Shown here one piece after another: positions 18,938 to 27,939 of a stretch of DNA of 64,000 nucleotides (positions are counted from its first letter, which is position 1; each line of letters starts with the position of its first letter). A model generated the notes under the pieces. It was not told where the DNA came from. It searched no databases and worked only from the letters and a program-made list of their open reading frames with translations. The DNA comes from an uncultured beta proteobacterium (lineage in GTDB: Bacteria; Pseudomonadota; Gammaproteobacteria; Burkholderiales; JACQAP01), in assembly GCA_963789945.1 (NCBI GenBank), contig CAWBMN010000008.1, positions 131,144 through 195,143 on the forward strand, in the 5' to 3' direction. A program made the position numbers and the translations under genes.

Positions 18938-19288
18938 ATGAAGACAGTTCTTCTCGCCGCATCACTTGCATTGAGCATGACCGCCCTGCCTCCGGCATTG
19001 GCGGCGCAAGACCAAGAGGCGCCCGGCGACGCCAACAAAACGACGTCAACCGCGCCCGCAACCCATAACGGCCGCGGCAAAGTCGTTTCCGTCGACAATC
19101 AAGCGGGAACGGTCAAGCTGACTCATGATCCGATCAAGAGCCTCAAATGGCCGAAGATGACCATGGACTTCAAGGCGCACGATCCGGCGATGCTAAAGGA
19201 ACTCAAACCCGGCACACAGGTGGACTTCGAACTCATGAAGATGGGCGGCGCCTACCTCATCATGAAGATCTCGCCTGCCAGCAACTGA
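18938..19288 (+). CDS. cusF: CusF-like periplasmic copper-binding protein
   Basis: GGAGA RBS before the ATG at 18938. Signal peptide, then THDPIKSLKWPKMTMDF (the CusF H/W/M-x-M motif). Confidence 0.85.
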   Translation: MKTVLLAASLALSMTALPPALAAQDQEAPGDANKTTSTAPATHNGRGKVVSVDNQAGTVKLTHDPIKSLKWPKMTMDFKAHDPAMLKELKPGTQVDFELMKMGGAYLIMKISPASN

Positions 19289-19371
19289 GTAGTCCTGGGG
19301 CGCGGAAAGACCGGTGACCGACACAGCCACCCGCCAGTCTGCATCCAACTTTGCCCGTCCTGGAGAACGCT

Positions 19372-21450
19372 ATGGCTATGCCATCGGAACAAAAAGCCCC
19401 GCACGTCAAGCCTGAACACGATCATGGTCACGGGCATGCCCGCCACCACGCCAATTCGACGGCAGCGAGCGGTCGGCACGCCGCCGGCGGGCACGATCAC
19501 GCGGCCATGATCGGGGACTTCCGCCGCCGCTTCTGGATATCGCTGGTCCTAACGGCGCCGATTCTCTGGCTCTCGCCGATGGTCCGGCATCTTGTCGGCC
19601 TGCGGGAAGCCCCATTCCCCGGCAGCGAATACCTGCTGCTGGTGCTGTCAAGTGCGGTGTTCTTCTACGGCGGCTGGCCGTTCCTCGCCGGTCTCGCATC
19701 GGAACTCCGGAAGCGCCAGCCGGGAATGATGACGCTGATCTCGGTGGCGATCGCCGCAGCCTATTTCTATTCCTCGGCGGTGGTCCTCGGATTGCCCGGC
19801 ACGATGTTTTTCTGGGAGCTGGCCACACTGGTCGACATCATGTTGCTCGGCCACTGGATCGAGATGAAGTCCGTCATGGGCGCATCAAGCGCCCTGAAGG
19901 CGCTGGTGGAATTGCTGCCAGCACAGGCTCACCGGCTGAAATCCGATGGTTCGATCGAAGATGTTTCTGCGTCCGAGATCCGTCCGGGTGACCGCGTGCT
20001 GGTGAAGCCCGGTGAGAAGGTGCCGACCGACGGCGTGATCATGGAGGGCCGCACCAGCATCAACGAGTCGATGCTGACCGGCGAATCCAAGCCCGTCGCC
20101 CGCAGGCCCGGCGACGAGGCGATCGGTGGCTCGATAAACGGCGAAGGCGCCATCACGCTGGAAATCCGCAAGACCGGCTCGGACACCTACCTTTCGCAGG
20201 TGATTGCGATGGTCGAGAAAGCGCAAGCGTCCCGCTCACGTTCGCAGGACCTCGCCAACCGCGCTGCATCCTGGCTGACTTATATCGCGCTCGGTGTCGG
20301 ACTGGCGACGCTATTTGCCTGGCTGTTCCTGGGCGAGAGTTTCGCTTTCGCAATGGAACGCATGGTAACGGTGATGGTGATCGCCTGCCCGCACGCGCTG
20401 GGGCTCGCCGTTCCGTTAGTGGTGGCGGTCAGCACCAGCATGGCGGCAAAGAGCGGGCTTCTGATTCGAGACCGCGCCGCCTTCGAGCGGGCGCGTAACC
20501 TGAAGGCGGTTGTGTTCGACAAGACCGGTACGCTGACCGAAGGGCGTTTCGGTGTGACTGACATGGTGGCTTTCTCCGGCTCAGATGAGAAAGAGATCCT
20601 GCTTCTTGCGGCAACTCTGGAAAGCCAATCCGAGCATCCGATTGCAAAGGGCATCGTCGCCAAGGCCGAGGAGCTGGGTATCAGGCTTGGGCAAGTGACG
20701 GATTTTCGCAACATCACCGGCCAGGGCGCGGTGGCGAAAGTGGATGGCGCCGAACTGGCCGTGGTAAGTCCCGGCTATCTCGAGCAAGCCGGCATCAGGG
20801 TGAACGAACCGCGCATCACGGCGCTCGCCACCCAGAGCAAGACGGTTGTTTATGTACTGCGCGAGAACCGGCCGATTGGCGCGATCGCGCTCGCCGACAT
20901 CGTGCGCCCGGAGTCCCGTCAAGCGGTCGCACGGCTGAAAGCGATGGGTATCCAGTGCATGATGCTCACCGGTGACAACCGCGCGGTAGCCAAAGCCGTG
21001 GCCGATGAACTCGGGCTCGACGACTACTTCGCCGAGGTGCTGCCCGGCCAGAAAGCCGACAAGATTCGCGAAATCCATTCGCGCGGGCTGACTGTAGCCA
21101 TGGTGGGCGACGGCGTGAACGACGCGCCGGCGCTGGTGGAATCGGACCTGGGCATCGCGGTGGGCGCCGGCACCAACGTGGCGATCGAGTCCGCAGATGT
21201 CGTCCTGGTGCGCAGCAATCCGCAGGACGTCGCCGACATTCTCTGGCTGTCGCGTGCCACTTACCGAAAGATGGTGCAGAACCTGTTCTGGGCCACCGGC
21301 TACAACACCATCGCCATCCCGCTCGCCGCCGGAGTCACCGCAAACATCGGTTTCCTGATGTCTCCGGCACTCGGCGCGGTGTTCATGTCGGCCAGCACCG
21401 TCATCGTCGCCATCAACGCGCAACTGCTGGCGCGGGCGCGCCAGACCTAG
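19372..21450 (+). CDS. copB: copper-translocating P1B-type ATPase, CopB-like (CPH motif, His-rich N-terminus, no CxxC MBD)
   Basis: GGAGA-6 nt-ATG at 19372. N-terminus HVKPEHDHGHGHARHH. TM6 has IACPHALGLA. DKTGTLT and GDGVNDAP are present. Confidence 0.9.
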   Translation: MAMPSEQKAPHVKPEHDHGHGHARHHANSTAASGRHAAGGHDHAAMIGDFRRRFWISLVLTAPILWLSPMVRHLVGLREAPFPGSEYLLLVLSSAVFFYGGWPFLAGLASELRKRQPGMMTLISVAIAAAYFYSSAVVLGLPGTMFFWELATLVDIMLLGHWIEMKSVMGASSALKALVELLPAQAHRLKSDGSIEDVSASEIRPGDRVLVKPGEKVPTDGVIMEGRTSINESMLTGESKPVARRPGDEAIGGSINGEGAITLEIRKTGSDTYLSQVIAMVEKAQASRSRSQDLANRAASWLTYIALGVGLATLFAWLFLGESFAFAMERMVTVMVIACPHALGLAVPLVVAVSTSMAAKSGLLIRDRAAFERARNLKAVVFDKTGTLTEGRFGVTDMVAFSGSDEKEILLLAATLESQSEHPIAKGIVAKAEELGIRLGQVTDFRNITGQGAVAKVDGAELAVVSPGYLEQAGIRVNEPRITALATQSKTVVYVLRENRPIGAIALADIVRPESRQAVARLKAMGIQCMMLTGDNRAVAKAVADELGLDDYFAEVLPGQKADKIREIHSRGLTVAMVGDGVNDAPALVESDLGIAVGAGTNVAIESADVVLVRSNPQDVADILWLSRATYRKMVQNLFWATGYNTIAIPLAAGVTANIGFLMSPALGAVFMSASTVIVAINAQLLARARQT

Positions 21451-21491
21451 GCAGCGGCCATGCCACCCTTGCAGAACGGGGAAACGACTTC

Positions 21492-22013
21492 ATGAACATG
21501 CCGAGGTCACGCGTTCACTTCGCAGAGCACATGAAACCCTTATCCGCTCTGGTCAACACGCCGGAGTTCAACGTCGTTATTTTCTCGCTTCTGCTGAATC
21601 TGGCATGGGAGGTCTGGCAGGTGCCGTTCTTCCTGGGGATGGCCGACCAGCCGCACTGGCTGGGCGTGAAGGCCTGCACACAGGCTACTTTCGGCGATGC
21701 GGGGATTGCGCTGGCCGCGTTCTGGGTCACGGCTCTCATTGCCAGGTCCAGAACCTGGATCATGCGACCGAGCAGGTCGGACATTGCAGTCTTCATCGGC
21801 GTCGGGCTTGTAGCAACAATTGCCTTTGAAACACTGGCCACCGGAGCACTCGAGCGCTGGGCCTATAGCGACGCGATGCCGCGCCTGCCGGTCCTGGGGA
21901 CCGGATTGCTGCCGCTCTTGCAGTGGCTGGCACTTCCGCCGCTCGTCCTGTGGTTCGTCCGCCGACAGATTGCCCCTGGATATCGTGAGCAATCTGACGG
22001 GAAAGCAACTTAG
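21492..22013 (+). CDS. hypothetical membrane protein (about 4 TM)
   Basis: 173-aa ORF with hydrophobic segments, directly downstream of copB. No family recognised. An alternative start is at 21531. Confidence 0.5.
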   Translation: MNMPRSRVHFAEHMKPLSALVNTPEFNVVIFSLLLNLAWEVWQVPFFLGMADQPHWLGVKACTQATFGDAGIALAAFWVTALIARSRTWIMRPSRSDIAVFIGVGLVATIAFETLATGALERWAYSDAMPRLPVLGTGLLPLLQWLALPPLVLWFVRRQIAPGYREQSDGKAT

Positions 22014-23299
22014 GCGGGGTTAAGTTTCGGGTGGGTCTCTTCGCCCCAGAACCAGAGAGCGCCGCCGGACAGCATCATGGCAATGGCTACGAACCAGAAT
22101 CCGCTTTCGATGGCTCCGGTGGCGCTGGCCGCGAGTCCCATGCCCAGACCACCAATAGCGTAGCCGATGTCGCGCCAGAAACGGTAAATCCCGATAGCGG
22201 AGCCGCGCCATTCCGGATGGGCAATATCCGCGACCGCGGCGCTCAGATTCGGGTAGAGCAGAGCCATTCCGAGCCCGCTCAGTCCGGCACACAGCGCCCA
22301 CCACCATATGTTCTCAAAAACGAGCATCAGGCCCACGCCGGTCCCGCAGAGCCACATGCCCCAGACATTCAACATGTGCCGGCCTACATGGTCGGACAGT
22401 TTCCCGGAAAACAGCTGCGCCCCACCCCATACGAAACCGTAGGCGCCGATCACCCAGCCGATGCCGCTGATGCTGACGCCGTAGCGGTAAAGAAAAACCG
22501 GGAAGAACACCCATACCAGCGCATCGACGAACTTCTCGACCAGACCAGCCTGGCACAGCGCCAGCAATCGTTTGTCACGCCAGGACATGAGGGTAAATAC
22601 TTCCCAGGTCGACGCCTGGTTCGAGATATTCCTTGGGTACCGCGCCGCGTGTTTGGCCGGTTTGGTCGAATGCCTCGCCGCCTCGGCGCGCGCCCAGGGT
22701 CGCGTATCCTTGACCCACAACAATGTGAGCGCAATGGCCAGCACAATGACGGTCAGCCCGAACACGGCGACTCCCTGGCGAGGCCCGAGTGCGCCAGCTA
22801 GGTAGGCGGTAATGATTCCTGCGCCCGCTACGCCGACGTAACCCGAAAACTCATTCAATCCGATGGTGAGTCCGCGCTGCTCGGGGCGGGTGATGTCGAG
22901 TTTTGCAGTCTGGGTCATTGACCAGGTGAGCCCCTGGTTGACGCCGAGCAGAACCGTCGCTGCCACGATCCAATTCCAGCTTGGCCCCCACAGGAGCATC
23001 GGCGGAATCGGTAACGCCACTAGCCAGCCGAGCAACAGCACCCGCTTGCGCCCGATGCGTTCAGAGAGTCGGCCGGCAACGAAATTCATTACGCCTTTCA
23101 CGAAGCCGAACGCCACCACGAAGGCGGTGAGCAGCACGAAAGAATTGCGTGCCAGCCCGAACTCGCTCTCCGCTAGAGTGGGCACCACGGTGCGCATCAT
23201 GCCGATGGTGAAGCCCACCAGCAGTACCTGCAGCAACTGATGAGCGAACTGCCCGAGGTTATGGCGAATTCCGTGCAGGAGTTCGCTGGCGTGAGACAT
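22010..23299 (-). CDS. MFS transporter
   Basis: 429 aa, about 12 TM, with the MFS loop motif GRLSERIGRKR. Confidence 0.85.
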   Translation of the reverse strand: MSHASELLHGIRHNLGQFAHQLLQVLLVGFTIGMMRTVVPTLAESEFGLARNSFVLLTAFVVAFGFVKGVMNFVAGRLSERIGRKRVLLLGWLVALPIPPMLLWGPSWNWIVAATVLLGVNQGLTWSMTQTAKLDITRPEQRGLTIGLNEFSGYVGVAGAGIITAYLAGALGPRQGVAVFGLTVIVLAIALTLLWVKDTRPWARAEAARHSTKPAKHAARYPRNISNQASTWEVFTLMSWRDKRLLALCQAGLVEKFVDALVWVFFPVFLYRYGVSISGIGWVIGAYGFVWGGAQLFSGKLSDHVGRHMLNVWGMWLCGTGVGLMLVFENIWWWALCAGLSGLGMALLYPNLSAAVADIAHPEWRGSAIGIYRFWRDIGYAIGGLGMGLAASATGAIESGFWFVAIAMMLSGGALWFWGEETHPKLNPA

Positions 23300-23322
23300 G
23301 ACCGGCTGGTTCGTGAACGTCT

Positions 23323-24042
23323 TCAGCCGGCAATGTTGGCCGCAACAATCTGGTCCATGTTGGCGGGACGCAGCGGGATCTCGCGCACCACGTATTCAAT
23401 GAATTTTTCCCGGTCGTTGATGGACAGGGCCGGATTCCAGCGCTTCTCGAACCCGAGAGTCGAGGACGGCTTGCCAGAGAGGCCGGCACCGCAAACGCTT
23501 CCCGCCTGGTGGCCGGGAAAGATCTCCAGCGTATCGGGCAGCGGCAGAATCCGATTCCGCAGCGTATCGAAGAGGATACCGGCCATTTCGCGCTCCCGCC
23601 CCGCCAGGTCCGGCCTGCCGACTGCGCCGACGAAGAGCGTATCCCCGGTCAGGACAAACCACGGGTCACCGCCGCGGCGCTTGTCGGTGACTACGAGCGA
23701 CATGCCGTCCTTCGTGTGGCCCGGGGTGTGCATGATCTTGAGTATCGTATTGCCGGCTTCGATGGTCTGGCCATCATGCAAAGGCGTAAACGGGAACTTC
23801 ACGAAACCCCTGTTGCTCTCGTGCAGGCAGTAGGCCGCACCAGTCATCGTCGCCAGTTTGCGACCGCCCGAGTAGTGATCGGCATGGATATGGGTGTCGA
23901 TAACATGGGTGATTTCGGATTTGGCTGTGCTCGCCTGCTCGATGAACCAGTCCTCGTCCCCGGCCACCACATCGACCGCGACAGCTTTGCCGAGTGTCCC
24001 GCAACGGGGCGGCGGGCCGGGCGACGGCAGATGACGCCACAT
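23323..24042 (-). CDS. MBL-fold metallo-hydrolase (persulfide-dioxygenase-like)
   Basis: THIHADH, HTPGHT, GDTLFVG..GRPDL and a PGHQAGSVCG...STLGFEKRWN tail typical of type II/III PDO-like MBL proteins. The N-terminus is short and atypical. Confidence 0.8.
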   Translation of the reverse strand: MWRHLPSPGPPPRCGTLGKAVAVDVVAGDEDWFIEQASTAKSEITHVIDTHIHADHYSGGRKLATMTGAAYCLHESNRGFVKFPFTPLHDGQTIEAGNTILKIMHTPGHTKDGMSLVVTDKRRGGDPWFVLTGDTLFVGAVGRPDLAGREREMAGILFDTLRNRILPLPDTLEIFPGHQAGSVCGAGLSGKPSSTLGFEKRWNPALSINDREKFIEYVVREIPLRPANMDQIVAANIAG

Positions 24043-24059
24043 AGATGCCTAATGTCTGT

Positions 24060-24276
24060 TCACTCGCATGAAGATGTCGGACCACAGGATTGCATTTGCT
24101 GCTTGGGAGGGCACGACACAGTGCCGTAGCTACAGAACACGCAGCAGTCTCCCGGATCCGGGCGGAGAAGCGCTCTTGCAGTTTGTACACTCATAAAAGA
24201 ACAGACATGCGTCGGTCGGCATGATCTCTTCCTTCTCAAAGCCGCACTTTGGACAGGTAATCACACTTTCCAGCAC
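24060..24276 (-). pseudogene. GDCCVxC-domain small metal-binding protein, frameshifted as sequenced
   Basis: GTG at 24276 gives MLESVITCPKCGFEKEEIMPTDACLFFYECTNCK. After one extra nt near 24174, the +1 frame continues ALLRPDPGDCCVFCSYGTVSCPPKQQ...*, with the stop at 24062-24060. The span is 217 nt. Confidence 0.75.
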
Positions 24277-24455
24277 AGGCGGATATTGTTCATGTTTAAC
24301 CTAGGCAATACCGTAGCGGATCAACAAGCGAGTCGGCAAAAGTCTTTCCGACGGACTTCTGAAGCTCGGGACGACGGCGTGACATCAAAGGTGCGCGCGG
24401 CTCGCTGAATCCGGAAAGCCCGGATTGACGTATCTCAAGACATCATCAAGTCGCC

Positions 24456-24485
24456 TCGACATTGTTCCTGTCCTTACCCTAAAAT
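24456..24485 (+). promoter_or_regulatory. candidate promoter for the cus operon, with the dyad TACCC-N6-GGGTA over the -10
   Basis: TCGACA-18 nt-TAAAAT. The -10 lies inside tTACCCtaaaatGGGTAt. Pattern match only. Confidence 0.25.
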
Positions 24486-24515
24486 GGGTATAGCTACCCT
24501 GTTGACGAAGGGGGA

Positions 24516-24893
24516 TTGGTGAATTTCAGCAGTTTCCGAATTCGTCGTGCAATCTGCCGCTTCCTCACGGCAGGGATGCTTTTTGCCCAGGCAATCGGCA
24601 TCGCATATGCCTGCATCGAGGCCGCGCCTTCGCCGACCATGGCGTTTACGCAAAACGATCACGACGGCGATTGCGGCAAGACTGTCAACCAGAACGCCTG
24701 TCTGCAACAGTGCAACGCGGAAGATCAGAGCACTGCCCAGGCCCAGGTCGCGGTTGCGGCGATGCCCGCCATCGCGGTACTGAGCGTTCCGGTGGCGCCC
24801 GACCGCGGTGCCTGCCCGGCCGTTACGCTGGTGTCTTTCGCGCATTCCCACGATCCTCCTCCCTCGATCCGCTTCTGTAGTTTCCAGCTTTAG
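24516..24893 (+). CDS. small Cys-rich protein heading the cus operon (CzcI-like position)
   Basis: GTG start after an AAGGGGG RBS. 125 aa with an N-terminal hydrophobic segment, several Cys, and a C-terminal HDPPPSIRFCSFQL. No family is confidently recognised. Confidence 0.45.
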   Translation: MVNFSSFRIRRAICRFLTAGMLFAQAIGIAYACIEAAPSPTMAFTQNDHDGDCGKTVNQNACLQQCNAEDQSTAQAQVAVAAMPAIAVLSVPVAPDRGACPAVTLVSFAHSHDPPPSIRFCSFQL

Positions 24894-24964
24894 CCCTCGC
24901 AAGCACTGAATCCGCCGCGTTAGCGGCTGTTCGTGTTTTCCTTGCGGAGGCATCATGGAATTCC

Positions 24965-26374
24965 TTGGATTTCCCGGTAGCGGCAACCGTTGCCGCACCC
25001 ATTAAATTTGCGTGGATCAGTTCGTCTCGCGTATTTCGTCCGGATCGCGAAGCGATTCGCCGGAATTTCCGTAGAATCGTCCTCGCCATCCTGGCAGGCG
25101 CAATTGTTCTCGGCGGTAGCGTTTCCGCCGCCGAGGCGCCGCTGACGCTCGCCGAGGCGCAACGTCGCGCAGTGGAACGTTCACGCCAGACATCGGCACA
25201 GGACCTTGCTATTGCCGCCTCGCGAGAAATGGCGTTGGCCGCAGGGCGGTTACCCGACCCCGTGCTCACACTGGGGATCGACAACCTGCCGATCGATGGC
25301 CCCGATCAATTCAGCCTTACAAACGACTTCATGACGATGCGCCGCATCGGAGTGATGCAGGAGTTCACGCGTTCCGAAAAGCGTCAACTGCGCGCCCAGA
25401 GATCGGAACGCGAGGCCGAAAAGTCCGTCGTGGAGAAGGCAGCTACAGTCGCCTCGATCCAGCGCAATTCCGCGCTGGCCTGGCTCGACCGCTACTACGC
25501 CGAGGCATCGGCAGCGGTGATTGCGCAGCAAGCCAGGGAGGCCAAGCTTGAAATTGTGGCCGCCGAAGGTGCCTACCGTGCCGGCCGCGGTAATCAGGCC
25601 GACGTCTTCGCGGCGCACAGCGCGCTGGTTGGATTGGAGGTTCAGGCAAGCGATCTTGACCGCCGAATCCGCACCGCAACGATCAACCTGGCTCGCTGGA
25701 TAGGTGAGGGAGCCGACGCGCCGTTGGCGGGCAAACCCGCGATCGATTCCATTCGTCTGGATACTGGTGCGCTCGACACCCAGCTCGCCCATCACCCGGA
25801 GATCACCATTCTCGCCAAGCAGGAAGAGATTGCGTCGACAGAGGCCAGGATGGCCCAGGCCGAGAAAAAGGCGGACTGGAGCCTGGAGGTTGCGTACCAG
25901 AAACGGGGCCCTTCTTACTCCGACATGATCTCGGTCGGCGTTTCCATCCCATTGCAGTGGGACCAGAAGAACCGCCAGGACCGGGAGTTCGCAGCCAAGC
26001 TTGCGCTGGCCGAACGGGCCAGGGCCGAGCATGAGGAGTCGCTGCGCGCGCACGTCGGCGAAGTGCGGGCGATGATCGCGGAATGGGAAAACGGCCGCGA
26101 CCGCCTGGCACGCTATGAACGTGATCTGGTTCCGCTCGCGAGGGAGCGCACCAAGGCAGCGCTCGCCGCCTACCAGGGCGGCAAGGCGAATCTGTCCGAC
26201 TTGCTTCTGGCTCGCCGCAACGAAATCGAAATACGCATGCAGGCGGTGCAATTGGAATCCGACATTGCGCACCTGTGGGGGCAGCTTAATTTCCTGATCC
26301 CGGACGGCGCCGGAGCGACTCATGCGAGCGTTCCGGCGCAGCCAAGCGCGAACCGGGGCAAGGAGCCAAGATGA
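24965..26374 (+). CDS. cusC: TolC-family outer membrane factor of the Cu/Ag efflux system
   Basis: 469-aa ORF from TTG at 24965 with OEP repeats. The signal peptide RRNFRRIVLAILAGAIVLGGSVSAAEA begins about 30 codons in, so the start is uncertain (see findings). Confidence 0.85.
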   Translation: MDFPVAATVAAPIKFAWISSSRVFRPDREAIRRNFRRIVLAILAGAIVLGGSVSAAEAPLTLAEAQRRAVERSRQTSAQDLAIAASREMALAAGRLPDPVLTLGIDNLPIDGPDQFSLTNDFMTMRRIGVMQEFTRSEKRQLRAQRSEREAEKSVVEKAATVASIQRNSALAWLDRYYAEASAAVIAQQAREAKLEIVAAEGAYRAGRGNQADVFAAHSALVGLEVQASDLDRRIRTATINLARWIGEGADAPLAGKPAIDSIRLDTGALDTQLAHHPEITILAKQEEIASTEARMAQAEKKADWSLEVAYQKRGPSYSDMISVGVSIPLQWDQKNRQDREFAAKLALAERARAEHEESLRAHVGEVRAMIAEWENGRDRLARYERDLVPLARERTKAALAAYQGGKANLSDLLLARRNEIEIRMQAVQLESDIAHLWGQLNFLIPDGAGATHASVPAQPSANRGKEPR

Positions 26375-27939
26375 AAACCAGAAATCTCCTTCTCGCGCTT
26401 GCCGCTGTAAGCCTCCTCGGCGCCGCCGGTTATGGCCTTTACTGGGTCGGCATGAACCGGGGCATGAAGATAACGGAATCGACTCCTGGCTTGGCACCCG
26501 CCGGCGGCGGCCCCCAACAAAAAGTCCCCGCAGATAAGAAGATCCTGTACTGGCATGACCCGATGGCGCCAGGGCAGAAGTTCGACAAGCCGGGCAAATC
26601 GCCATTCATGGACATGCCGCTGGTCCCCGTCTACGCCGATGGCAATGGCGACGAAGGCTCGGTAACGATCAGCCCGCGCGTGCAACAGAACCTGGGCGTG
26701 CGTACGGCCGAGGTAACGACGGGCACTCTGGCAGCAGCGGTGGAAGCGGTGGGTACCGTAGCCTTCAACGAGAGGGATCAGGCTGTAGTGCAGGCGCGCA
26801 GCAACGGCTTTGTTGAGAAGCTCCATGTGCGGGCGCCACTCGACCCTGTGCGCAAGGATCAGCCGCTGGCGGAGTTGTACGTCCCCGAGTGGGTCGCGGC
26901 GCAGGAAGAGTACCTCTCCGTGCGGCGCATGACCGGCACCCGGTTGGAAGCGTTGGTGGATGGCGCCCGTCAACGCATGCGTCTTGTTGGCATGACGGAA
27001 CAGCAGATCCGCCTGGTCGAGACTACCGGCAAGATCCATTCGCGATTGACGGTGAGTGCCCCGATCAGCGGCGTCGTCGCGGAACTTGGTGCGCGCGAAG
27101 GCATGGCAGTGATGGCGGGAGCGACGCTATTCCGAATCAACGGGCTCGATACCGTCTGGGTAAACGCGGAAGTCCGCGAGGCCCAGGCAAGCGAGGTGCG
27201 GCCCGGCAATCTGGTCGAAGCGCGAACATCCGCACTACCCGGCGCCACGTTCAAGGGTCGCGTCAATGCCATCCTGCCTGAGGTCAATCCTGTGACCCGC
27301 ACGCTCAAGGCGCGAGTCGAATTGGCGAATCCGAACGGAAAACTGGTGCCGGGGATGTTTGCCACGGTCAACTTCGTGCCCGCCGCGCGCAAGGAAGCCC
27401 TCCTGGTGCCGACCGAGGCGGTAATCCGGACCGGAAATCGCAGCGTCGTCATCGTCGCGCAGGGCGACGGGCAATTTGCTCCGGTCGATGTGGAAATCGG
27501 GATGGAAAGCGGGGGTCGGACCGAGATCCGGAATGGGCTCGAAGCCGGCCAGAAAGTCGTGGTGTCCGGCCAGTTCCTGATCGATTCGGAAGCAAGTCTC
27601 AGGGGAACCGCAACACGCATGGGCGATGCCCCGGTACCGCAAGGCGGGACGGCCGGTAGCGGGACACATCGAGCGCAAGGGAAGATCGAGCGCATTGGCA
27701 AGGACGCAGTCACGATATCGCACGGCGCAATCCCATCATTGGAGTGGGAGCCGATGACCATGGACTTCGGGCTGCCGGCGAACGGGCTTCCCGGGGACTT
27801 CGCGGTGGGTGACACGGTCACGTTCGAATTTCGCGAAAACAGGCAGGGCATGTTCGAAATCGCGACCATCACGCCAATAGCCCGGGCGCCGGCGCACCCG
27901 GGACATGGCGAAGGCGACGTGCCAGGAACCGCGAAATGA
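26371..27939 (+). CDS. cusB: RND efflux membrane fusion protein CusB with a fused C-terminal CusF-like domain
   Basis: YWHDPMAPGQKFDKPGKSPFMDMPLVP at the N-terminus. The last ~90 aa contain VTISHGAIPSLEWEPMTMDF, a CusF-type metal site. 522 aa. Confidence 0.9.
   Translation: MKTRNLLLALAAVSLLGAAGYGLYWVGMNRGMKITESTPGLAPAGGGPQQKVPADKKILYWHDPMAPGQKFDKPGKSPFMDMPLVPVYADGNGDEGSVTISPRVQQNLGVRTAEVTTGTLAAAVEAVGTVAFNERDQAVVQARSNGFVEKLHVRAPLDPVRKDQPLAELYVPEWVAAQEEYLSVRRMTGTRLEALVDGARQRMRLVGMTEQQIRLVETTGKIHSRLTVSAPISGVVAELGAREGMAVMAGATLFRINGLDTVWVNAEVREAQASEVRPGNLVEARTSALPGATFKGRVNAILPEVNPVTRTLKARVELANPNGKLVPGMFATVNFVPAARKEALLVPTEAVIRTGNRSVVIVAQGDGQFAPVDVEIGMESGGRTEIRNGLEAGQKVVVSGQFLIDSEASLRGTATRMGDAPVPQGGTAGSGTHRAQGKIERIGKDAVTISHGAIPSLEWEPMTMDFGLPANGLPGDFAVGDTVTFEFRENRQGMFEIATITPIARAPAHPGHGEGDVPGTAK

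Noticed and set aside
23960-24042. Possible additional indels scrambling the N-terminus of the MBL hydrolase (MWRHLPSPGPPPRCGTLGK…)
   Set aside because: The first ~15 residues look atypical and about 6 aa short relative to PDO-like homologues as I recall them. However, neither alternative frame gives a better match, so the suspicion cannot be supported from sequence alone.
24060-24276. Selenocysteine recoding in the GDCCVxC gene
   Set aside because: The interruption is a frame change, not an in-frame TGA at a Cys position. Both Cys of GDCC are encoded by TGC, and no SECIS-like hairpin was noted.
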